A DNA stretch of 64,000 nt. It comes from Macrostomum hystrix (taxonomy: Eukaryota; Animalia; Platyhelminthes). Shown here in pieces: positions 21,706 through 33,700 of the stretch (the first letter of the stretch is position 1; each line of letters begins with the position of its first letter). The notes under the pieces were generated by a model. The model was not told the origin of the DNA, did no database searches, and saw only the letters and a program-made list of their open reading frames with translations. The position numbers and the translations under genes are program-made. The DNA lies in contig CATNEN010000003.1 in the NCBI GenBank assembly GCA_950097015.1, positions 14,756,001 through 14,820,000 on the forward strand, in the 5' to 3' direction.

Positions 21706-24700
21706 CTGCGATGGGTTGTGGAAATTTGAAGCTTTCTGGTGGAAATATTGGCAATCTTGACTATTTTTTAATCTTAGCTTGTATAAAATTCCAACCTTTT
21801 TTAAGTCTCTATTGATCTGACGCTTCAGTCTCTCATCCACCTGAAGCTTCAGTCTTCCATCCACCTGAAGCTTCAGTCTCCCATCCACCTGAAGCTTCAG
21901 TCTCCCATCCACCTGAAGCTTCAGTCTCCCATCCACCTGAAGCTTCAGTCCCCCATCCACCTGAAGCTTCAGTCTCCCATCCACCTGAAGCTTCAGTCTC
22001 CCATCCACCTGAAGCTTCAGTCTCCCATCCACCTGAAGCTTCAGTCTCTCATCCACCTGAAGCTTCAGTCTCCCATTCACCTGAAGCTTCAGTCTCCCAT
22101 CCACCTGAAGCTTCAGTCTCCCGTCCACCTGAAGCTTCAGTCTCCCATCCACCTGAAGCTTCAGTCTCCCATCCACCTGAAGCTTCAGTCTCCCGTCCAC
22201 CTGAAGCTTCAGTCGCCTGTCTACTTGAAGCTTCAGTCACCTGTCTACCTGAAGCTTCAGTCACCTGTCTACCTGAAGCGTCAATCTCTCATCCATCTGA
22301 AGCTTCAGTCTCCTATCTACATGAAGATTTAGTCTCCTATCTACCTGAAGGTTTAGTCTCCTATCTACCTGAAGATTTAGTCTCCTATCTACCTGAAGAT
22401 TTAGTCTCCTATCTACCTGAATGTTTAGTCTCCTATCTACCTGAATGTTTAGTCTCCTATCTACCTGAATGTTTAGTCTCCTATCTACCTGAAGGTTTAG
22501 TCTCCTATCTACCTGAAGATTTAGTCTCCTATCTACCTGAAGATTTAGTCTCCTATCTACCTGAAGATTTAGTCTCCTCTCTACCTGAATATTTAGTCTC
22601 CTATCTACCTGAAGGTTTAGTCTCCTATCTACCTGAAGGTTTAGTCTCCTATCTACCTGAAGATTTAGTCTCCCATCTACCTGAAGATTTAGTCTCCTAT
22701 CTACCTGAAGATTTAGTCTCCTATCTACCTGAAGGTTTAGTCTCCTATCTACCTGAAGATTTAGTCTCCTATCTACCTGAAGATTTAGTCTCCTATCTAC
22801 CTGAAGATTTAGTCTCCTATCTACATGAAGTTTCATTTTCCTACTCCATAATTAAAAATCGATCAAAAAATTGTTTCCTAACTACCTCCCCTCCCCATTA
22901 ACAGTAGGACTACCAAGCCATTTTGCTGCCTGTTTTTACACCAAGTGGAGTTTTTTGCAGCGCCTAAATGCTAATAGCGTTCGCCTGAAGGTCCAGCAGT
23001 CCGTCTAGATAAAGGTAGGTGACCACCGAAGACGGAGATGATGCAGGCACATTTGGGTGACATGCTGATACATTTTAAAGGCCTGGCAAGGCCGCACTGA
23101 GGCGCAGTGCTAATTCGTTTATAGGGGTGCATGAAATGCACTAGCGCTTATGGGAAAAATCTGACCTTCGGCCAGAACCATTGAATATCTCGACGGTCTG
23201 AAGAGCTGGCGACTTGATCCTTGTTACAGAAGATGCGCAATAAAAGTTGGAATGTGTTCTTGAGTTTGTGAACCCTGTCGCTTTTCCCTTGGTAGTTCTA
23301 CAGTTAACCTCATATCAAAATGAGTAGATTTACCTGTCGTAAGGCTGGTCGCACCTGGGACACAGCCAGGAGCCCTGGGCGCCGCGGCCCCTGCGCAGTG
23401 GATCTCGGCAAAGGTCCAGATTTCTAACAAAGTCGCAGCAATGGCAAGCCACTTCGGCTAAGCAGAGGCTGGCGCAGGGGTTAGTCCATTCGCCTTTGCT
23501 GGAGAATTCCCCAACTCCTGCTAATCTAAGTAGGGCCGATTTCACTCGCTCCGCCTCCTCGGCCAGACAGTCGGCCAGGCTGAGAACTCGGCAGACGGAT
23601 TTGGCGAATTCTAGGCCGCCGTTGGAGAAGTCCAGATCGGCCCGACGACCGGGCGGATTAGGCACTGCGATTAGCTGGGAGGCGGCGTCGCCCGCAGATT
23701 TGAATCGGCGCCTAAATGCGTCCACCTGATTTAACAAAAAAAGTTATTCCGTTACTTTTTAACGTACCGTTACTTTTTCATTTTCATGCGTTACTTTTAG
23801 CGCTTTTGGCATTTGGCAATTGACATTTTACGTTACTTTTTTCTTCCGTTACTTTGGATTCACATTCGTTCGTTGCTGGGTGAACTGAAGCAATGCAGAG
23901 TTAAGTGTCTTGCTAAAGGATACAAATTTTACCAGCTGAGTAAGGAATCGAACCCCCGACCTTCAATTCGTGAGTTCGACGCTCTAAACACTAGGCTCTA
24001 ACCCCTTGCACAATATAGTTACTTTTATTCATAATTCGTAGCTGTTTTTTTAACTTGCGTTACTTTTAACGTTACTTTCGCAAAACAATGTTAGAATCCG
24101 TTATTTTTTCGTTACATTTTTAAGCTACTTGATTCAGTTACAAACCTGAGCCATTAGATCATGCGACAGGTCGCCTCTCAACAGATCCTTGAGCTCCTCT
24201 TCGAGGCCTTTGCCAGCCGTTTTGCCTTTCTCGTATAGAATAGTCTCGGTTGCCAATAGCAACCCGCTAAGCGCCGTGTCGAATGCCGGCTGCAGACTGA
24301 CTGGCAGAAATTCGCCCAGATTCCATTGCGACTCCATGCGGCGATGACAGAGGCTGGGATGCTGGGTAGGACGCATGTCCATCTGGGAATGAGCAGTGAA
24401 ATATGGATGATTCTACAGCTCGTACATCTGCTCAAGCGGTTAGTTTTTGTTACCCTTAGTGATTTACATACTGTTTTATGTTCTCACCTGTTCTGTTTGA
24501 ACAGGTCGACTGTCTGTATAGGTTCTGTTTGTTCAGGTTTTCAGTTTGTACAGGTTTTCTGTTTCTACAGGTTTTCTGTTTCTACAGGTTTTCTGTTTGT
24601 GTGGGTTGTCTGTTTGTACTGGTCGCATTGTTTGTACTCGTGTCTGTTTGTACAGTTTGTACATCTGTCAGCATGGGTTGGCTGTCTGCGTACAAGTCTG

Positions 24701-27700
24701 CCAGTCTGTCTATCCTAAATGTATACCATATTGTAGAAAAAAAGGAAATAGATTTTCGATACATATCGGCAAGACAATATTTGCATTCTTTAGGTCAATT
24801 TTTCCCAAAATTCAACACATATCGGGTAGTACAACCTACCCCTGATCGATTGGCAGTCTCTTCCTCATCCTCTTCAGCTTCCTCTTCGTCCTCCGGAGTA
24901 ACCTCGTAGCGAATGCCGCAGAAATTAGCAGAGTCCAAAAATAGCAAAGCCGAATAGACTCCGCTAACTTGCAAATCTAGAGCCTGAAATGAGTCCTTTG
25001 AGCAGAGGGTCCGACACACGTGCCTGGCGTAGGACAGGCAATCGACCGGATTCTGTTTGCCAGTAGCCAACAGAATGTTGTAGAAGTCGGCTCTTATCAC
25101 CTGCCAGTGAAAAATTATGGGATACGAGATTAATTTCTCACCTGTTCATCAATCCTACCAGCTTCTCACCTGTTCCTCAACAGCTGCTCCATCAATCCTA
25201 CCAGCTTCTCACCTGTTCTTCAACAGCTGCTCCATCAATCCTACCAGCTTCTCACCTGTTCTTCAACAGCTGCTCCATCAATCCTACCAGTTTCTCACCT
25301 GTTTCTCAACAGCTGCTCCATCAATCCTACCAGCTTCTCACCTGTTCTTCAACAGCTGCTCCATCAATCCTACCAGCTTCTCACCTGTTCCTCAACAGCT
25401 GCTCCATCAATCCTACCAGCTTCTCACCTGTTCTTCAACAGCTGCTCCATCAATCCTACGAGCTTCTCACCTGTTCTTCAACAGCTGCTCCATCAATCCT
25501 ACCAGTTTCTCACCTGTTTCTCAACAACTGCTCCATCAATCCTACCAGCTTCTCACCTGTTCCTCAACAGCTGCTCCATCAATCCTACCAGCTTCTCACC
25601 TGTTCTTTAACAGCTGTTCCATCAATCCTACCAGCTTCTCACCTGTTCCTCAACAGCTACTCCATCAATCCTACCAGCTTCTCACCTGTTCCTCAACAGC
25701 TGTTCCATCAATCCTACCAGCTTCTCACCTGTTCCTCAACAGCTGTTCCATCAATCCTACCAGCTTCTCACCTGTTCCTCAACAGCTACTCCATCAATCC
25801 TACCAGCTTCTCACCTGTTCCTCAACAGCTGCTCCATCAATCCTACCAGCTTCTCACCTGTCCGCCACCCAAGGTGCGCAATTCCGCCAGCAGGTGAATC
25901 TGCAATTTCCTCATCAGCCTCTGCAGAGTCCGCAGCAGTGCCGGATCGTGAAATCGTGACTGCGGACTCCGGAACCAACGGTGCAGATGGACAAGCAGAT
26001 TGTCGGCGCACCGATGCGAGTGCTGAGTTACGTCCCGAATCCAGGCCAAAGCTAGGCTGCGAATGGTGCGGAACGCGGTTGAACAGGCGGCAGTCTCGTC
26101 GTATTGCGATAGACTTGAGCCAGCCGCTTCAGACATCATCTCTTCTACGCCCTGCAGATATAATATATTTATACTATCGATTATCATTGGGATTTTGGAA
26201 AATTTATATCTATAGGATGCAAATCGATGGATCTGAAGCCTAAGGGTTTGAGAAACAGAATCTGAAGGGATAGGGATTTAAATCGATGGGATCGCAATGG
26301 ATGGGATCTGAAGGATAGGGATTATGAAGGGATGGGATCTGAAGGATAGGGATTATGAAGGGATGGGATCTGAAGGATAGGGATTAAGAAGGGATGGGAT
26401 CTGAAGGATAGGGATTATAAATGGATGGGATCTGAAGGATAGGGATTTTGAAGGGATGGGATCTGAAGGATAGGGATTATGAAGGGATAGGATCTGAAGG
26501 ATAGGGATTATGAAGGGATGGGATCTGAAGGATTGGGACTATGAAGGGATGGGATCTGAAGGATATGGATTATGAGGGGATGGGATCTGAAGGATGGGAA
26601 TTTAAAGAGATGGGATCTGAAGGATGGGGGATTTAAAGAGATGGGATCTGAAGAATAGGATTCGAAGATTGGGATAGAAAGTGATTGGATCTGAAGAACA
26701 GGGGTTTAAAGCGATGGGATAAATATAGAATTGGAGGGTGGATTTACATGGATAGGATCAGAAGAATTGTGAAGGCCGATGGAATGGGATCTGAAGTGCC
26801 TCACCTGCACGGGCAGGATTTCGTAGGTGGTGGCGCCGCCTTCCATCTCTTGAATTCGGCCGCACTGGAGCAGGGCGCAGACAGCCAGACTGCTCACGTC
26901 GATGTGAGCACAGTAGGCCGGATAGAACCCGGGTTTGAGCGTCTCGAAGGGCTCAATTTCGCAGGTCAAGTCGAGGTCAAGTCGAAGATCGTCGGCTTCG
27001 AAGCCGCCTAAGTCGGGGACCTCGGTGTCTGAGCACCAGAGCAGGTGGTTGTGCTTGAGCAGAGTGCGGCCTAGGAAGACATCGATGCCGAGAGTGGCCG
27101 ACTCGCTTGAGCTCACTGGCAAATTGCCGATGGGTACCTGGGAGGAGGGTGGGGAAAAGAAATATGTGGGATTTGAATAAAGTATAGGAGATCAATAGAT
27201 TAGGGATCAATAGGGGATTGCAGATTAGGGATCAATAGGGGATTGGAGATTAGGGGTCAATAGGGGATTGGAGATTAGGGATCAATAGGGGATTGGAGAA
27301 TAGGGATCAATAGGGGATTGGAGATTAGGGATCAATGGGGGATTGGAGATTAGGGATCAATAGGGGATTTTGGATTAGGGATCAATAGGGGATTTTGGGT
27401 CAGGAATTAGAAGGGGATTCTGGATTAGATATTGATCTGGGAGATTTTAAATTAGAGAATAGGTATATTTTATTAAGGATCTGTAACTTTCCTTTTTGGA
27501 TTAGGGATTCTGGATAAGACAAGGGATCGATAGGAGATTTTTAATAGGGATCGATAGGGGATACTGGATAAGGATTCAAAAGGACATTTCTGATTAATTA
27601 GGGATTAATATGGGTTTCGTTTCGTAATTTAGCGAGCGATAGGGATTTCGGATTAGTAAAATGCTGTGAATAAAAAATGATAGAGTATATTGGCACTTCG

Positions 27701-30700
27701 CTAGCTGATACCTGGTGATACCTGGCCACAGACAGTTGCCGTGCATAAGTGACGCAACTATCAAGATAATGACCGATCATTCGAGCGGCTCCAAGCCGTT
27801 GCCAGTCCAAACCGAGGCCGTAGTTCTCTTCGGCCGGATCTGGCTGACTGCCGTTCAGCGAATGTGGCGGCGGCAGGGGCACCAGGGGGTAGTCGGACAG
27901 GCCGTGAAAACGTCTGGACAGCTCAGACAGAGGAGTTGGCGATTCCACAGTCAGAATAGTAGGGGTGCGCCGTTCCGATTTGTAAGTGGACAGGCACTTG
28001 TCTATGGCCTTAACTATGGCGTCCATCGACTGCTCGGACTGAAATAGAGGGTGGGGGGCGATGTTTGGTTAAGATAACTCTGGGATGACATTAAATATAT
28101 GGAAGAGGGAGAAATCAGAGATGGAGAAAAAGGGGAAATCAGAGATGGGGAAGAGGGAGAAGTCAGAGATGGGGAAGAGGGAGAAATCAGAGATGGGGAA
28201 TAGGGAGAAATCAGAGATGGGGAAGAGGGAGAAATCGGGGATGGGAAAGTGGGCGAAATGCGAGATGGGGAAGAGGGAGAAATCAGAGTTGGAGAAGAAG
28301 GGGAAATCAGAGATGGGGAAGAGGGAGAAATCAGAGATGAGGAATAGGGAGAAATCAGAGATGGGGAAGAGGGAGAAATCGGGGATGGGGAAGTGGGCGA
28401 AATCAGATATGGGGAAGAGGGAGAAATACGAGATGGGGAAGAGGGAGAAATACGAGATGGGGAAGAGGGAGAAATCAGAGATGGGGAAGAGGGAGAAATA
28501 CGAGATGGGGAAGAGGGAGAAATCAGAGATGGGGAAGAGGGAGAAATCAGAGATGGGGAAGAGGGAGAAATCAGAGATGGGGAAGAGGGAGAAGTCAGAG
28601 ATGGGGAAGAGGGAGAAATCAGAGATGGGGAAGAGGGAGAAATCAGAGATGGGGAAGAGGGAGAAATCAGATATGGGGAAGTGGGAGAAATCAGAGATGG
28701 GGAAGAGGGAGAAATCAGATATGGGGAAGTGGGAGAAATCAGAGATGGGGAAGAGGGAGAAATCAGAGATGGGGAAGAGGGAGAAATCAGAGATGGGGAA
28801 GAGGGAGAAATCAGAGATGGGGAATAGGGAGAAATCAGATATGGGGAAGTGGGAGAAATACGAGATGGGGAAGAGGGAGAAATCAGAGATGGGGAAGAGG
28901 GAGAAATTAGAGATGGGGAATAGGGAGAAATCAGAGATGGGGAACAGGGATAAATCAAGCACTTTAAACGAGAAAGCATTGTAACGGGGATTTTCACCTT
29001 CACATCGAATCCCAGCGCATCAGGCGGCATGAATCCGTCGGCCAATTCGTCGCCCAGAGCCTCCCTGATGGCTTCGTCACGTCGCCTTCTCTCGGCGGCG
29101 TAGGCGGTGGACAATCCGGGCCAGTCCGTGGACAGACGGCCGCCAGACTGGGCCAGCAGGAACACTTGGCATCGCTGATTGGTTGGAGTGAACAATGCCC
29201 AGATCTGCAGCCGGCCGCTGGTGTGATGATAGAAATGGGACAAACGCAGTCCCTTGGAACTGGCCAGGTAGGGACTCTGCGACGCAGAGCGAAGCCAAAG
29301 ACTGTCCAACGGAAATGTGTCGGTGTCGCGTCCGCTAGCGACTAGCCGCCTAGCCCAGTCTCTGTCGACAACGCACAGGCAGCCGAGGCGTAGGATGGCG
29401 CGAAACCATAGAGAGGTCCTGAGCTCGAATACGCCTAGAACGTCGTTAGTCAATAATTGAGCTTTGATAGCGTCTCGATTGGCTCTATAAACAGGCTCTG
29501 GCATTCGGTATTCGTACAGATGATGAGCCACACGATTGCGTGGCAGTGTGCGACTAACGCGACGGTACTGACGCTCGGAATCTGAGGGACACTCGCTCTT
29601 GGCTGTCAGATGATTCACGTAGAATATGCGCGGCACCTGCAATATGGGATGAGTGGCAATAAAATTCCCAAATTCCAATAAACTGATGGACAGCAATCAT
29701 ACATAATAAAATAATAAATTATAAATCCTTTAACATGCATGTCAAACAGGTCGGTGGTTGTGTATGGTCGACCATGAAAAGAAGGTATGGTCGTGCCATT
29801 TGCGCCCTTGAGGGCCAACCTTCAATGCAGTTCAACCTTCAATGAGGTGAGAGTGTACACTGCCTGACGATGAGAAAGTCAGGCCAGATGCTCAGGATTG
29901 AGCGAAATGGGCAGAATTGCCTCCTCGCTGGCTGCGGGTCTAGTGTCACCAAATTATGTGCCATTGCCCGCAGCCCTCCTGCAATTATTAACTATAATCG
30001 ATATCAGAAATCGCCAATTCTAGATAAAAAACTCCATAAGTTGACAAAAATCCCAAATTAAAAAAGCCTAAACTAAGATTTTTCGATAGCACAATCATTG
30101 AACTGTTGAAACTCACCTGAATCTTAACACAGCGCAACTCCTGATCCACCACAATCCACAGCCGGAACAATCCGGGCTCCGAGCTCTCGCCAGCCAGTTG
30201 CACAATCTCCCACGGTCGGTCGAGAAGGGCTCGCTGATTGCGACGAATGAACGCGGACAATCCGCCGCCAGCAGGGCCTATTGACGCTGCCTGCAGCGGC
30301 AACGGCGGCAGCAGCTGCGCGGAGCCGTTGACAACGGAATCGGCGCCGTCAGCCGCGGAAGTGCGCGCTCTCTTAGCTGCTCCGCCGACGCGCTGTTGAG
30401 CCCGCTGGTGGCGCCATTTGCGCTTGTGAAATCGAAGCCAAGTGGCGAAACTGTCGGCGCAGTCGCGACGAAGTCTGGGAGGCTCGCCGAAGGCCTCGAA
30501 CCATGGCCGGTCCGGGTCGACCGCGGCTGTCGTTGCGGTCGAAGGCTTGGAGAATTGTTTAGTAGCAGCGGTTGACTCGCGCTGTGACTGCTGTGATTGG
30601 GGATACAGTTTTGCTTAGGTTAAATAAGATTATCAATGTAGGATTATTCTAATGGGATAATTAGCATGGGAGTATTAGCATGAGATTACAAATTGAGGAC

Positions 30701-33700
30701 TGTAAAGTGGGATAATCAATTAAACCATTGCCCTGATGGGATAATCTATGTTTGATTGTCACGATGGGATAATCTATGTGTAATTGACACGATGGGATAA
30801 TCTATGTTTGATTGTCACGATGGGGTAATCTATGTTTCATTGTCACGATGGGATAATCTATGTGTGATTGTCAAGATGGGATAATCAATGTGTGATTGTC
30901 AAGATGGGATAATCAATGTGTGATTGACACGATGGGATAATCTATGTTTGATTGTCACGATGGGATAATCTATGCGTAATTGACACGATGGGATAATCTA
31001 TGTTTGATTGTCACGATGGGATAATCTATGTGTAATTGACACGATGGGATAATCTATGTTTGATTGTCACGATGGGATAATCTATGTTTGATTGTCACGA
31101 TGGGATAATCTATGTTTGATTGTCACGATGGGATAATCTATGTTTGATTGTCACGGTGGGATAATCTATGCGTAATTGACACGATGGGATAATCTATGTT
31201 TGATTGTCACGATGGGATAATCTATGTGTAATTGACACGATGGGATAATCTATGTTTGATTGTCACGATGGGATAATCTATGTGAATTGACACGATGGGA
31301 TAATCTATGTTTGATTGTCACGATGGGATAATCTAAGTGTGATTGACACGATGGGATAATTTATGTGTGATTGTCACGATGGGATAATCTATGTGTGATT
31401 GACACGATGGGATAATTTATGTGTGATTGTCACGATGGGATAATCAATGTGGGAATTTAATTAGTATTGATACGACGTAATATAAAATAATGTAAATATT
31501 CAAGAATCCAATAAAGATGGGTCAAATCTAAGAAAGCTACTAACCTCCGACCCTCTCGTGACAGCCGACTTTCGTCCGTCGACATCTTCAGCAGACGGAG
31601 AATCCGGCAATTCGGCATCGTCCGTCATCACGTTCGCGTCTTCGTCGGCCGAGCCGCCGGAAGCTGAATTTCTTGGACGCTTCCGCTGTTGAAACCCAGC
31701 CGTGTCTTCAATGTCGGGCAGTCTAGAAGACCTGCTAGTTGAAACGGCCGCTTTGCTAAACATGTCGGAGATTCGTCGCTGTTTGAAAACGTCCGTCTTC
31801 TCTAACAGTTTTTTGCGCAGCCAATCAGGATGTGGCACGCGCGGCACGGGATTGGCCACGTGCTGCAGAGCTGCAGGAATGGTGATGATCTTCTGCACGG
31901 CGCTACTCAATCGTTCTATATAATAGTCCCAGTCTAGAATGGACCGAATGTCAAAGTCTTGAAGGCCTGGAGACTTCAGCCAGCGGCGAAGGAAATGACG
32001 TTTAACGGACGGCTCAGCCTGTGGATATTAGACATGGGAACATGGGGTTTTAAAAGTGGGAACATGAGATTTTAAAAAGATGGGATTTATAAAGTGGTTC
32101 AATGGGATATTCAGAAGGATGGGATCACAAAACTGGAACAATGGGATATTCAGAAGGATGGGATTACAAAAGTGGGACCATGGGATTTTAGAAAGATGGG
32201 ATTTCTAAAGTGGGAACATGGGATTTTAGAAAGATGGGATATTAAAAGTGGGAACATGGGAGTTTAGAAAGATGGGATTTATAAAGTGGGAACATGGGAT
32301 ATTCAGAAGGATGGGATTACTACAAAACTGGGACAATGGGATATTCAGAAGGATGGGATTACTAAAAAACTGGGACCAAGAGATATTCAGAAAGATGGGA
32401 TTGCTAAAGTGGGAGCATGGGATTTTAGAAAGATGGGATTGCTAAAGTGGGACCATGGGATTTTAGAAAGATGGGATTGCTAAAGTAGGACCATGGGATT
32501 TTAGAAAGATGGGATTGCTAAAGTGGGACCATAGGATTTTAGGAAGATGGGATTGCTAAAGTAGAACATGGGATATTAGCAAGATGGGATTTCTAAAGTG
32601 GGACCATGGGATTTTACGAGTAGAAAGATGGGATTTTAAAAGTGGGAACATGGGATTTAAAAAAGATGGAATTTCTAAAGTGGGAACATGGGATTTTAGA
32701 AAGATGGGATCAAGACTAGGGATTCGAAATTTTCGTATAGCTAGTTTCTTAGAAAGGGATCTAGTAGATGAAATAACAAACCTGAAAGATGGCCAACGGC
32801 ACGGCTCTCTCTGTGACTGGCGCACCCTCCGGTCGGCGCGAAATGACGAATCGACAAGCCAAGCCCGCGTCCTTAACCATCTGGTCGCCGAGAAACTCGG
32901 CTAATCGTTTAGCGGTACTGATACTGCTGCTCTTCTGACCGCCATAATCTTCCAATCGTTTGGACATGCTTCGATTCTCTGCTATCAGTTCGAATAGCTC
33001 TGTATCCGGCATACTTTCGGCGCGTGAGAAAAGTACATCGAGCCAATAGTCCGCCACTTTGGCCACAGCGGCGTAGCACTCGGCTAGACTGTCGCCTTTA
33101 AGAAATGCTTCAAATACGGACGACTGGAAGATTTTGATCAGTTGCAATTCTCCATTCCGTTTCACTTCGAAGCCTTTCAATTCGGCTAGGGAGCCGTCGA
33201 AATGAAACACGGCATAGCGCTTTTTCAGCTTCTTGCCCTCCTCTTTTGACGCTGGCAGAACCATGGCCAGGTAGGGACCGTCAACTTCGAAGAAGATGCT
33301 GTTCTCGGAGCGAACTCGATATTCGACAACGGAGCCGTCGGTGACAACCAGCTCGTGATACTGATCGTTGGTGAAATGACGCTGCACCATGGCGTTTAGC
33401 ATAGCACCTGGATACGACACGTTGAGCTTTGGCCGCTTAGCATTACTAGTGCGAATGGTGAAATTCTCAGGAAAACTGGCCGGCAGAACGCACCAGATGC
33501 CGTCCGTGTCCAGTTCTAGCGGCCGGCCTATCTGCTCTACTATTTCCCGAGCCTGCGGGTCAAGGGATCGATTGTGTGTGGATCAAGGGATCATTACTGT
33601 TTGGGTCAAGGGATCAATACTGTGTGGATCAAGGGATCATTACTGTGTGGATCAAGGGATCATTACTGTGTGGATCAAGGGATCACTACTGTGTGGATCA

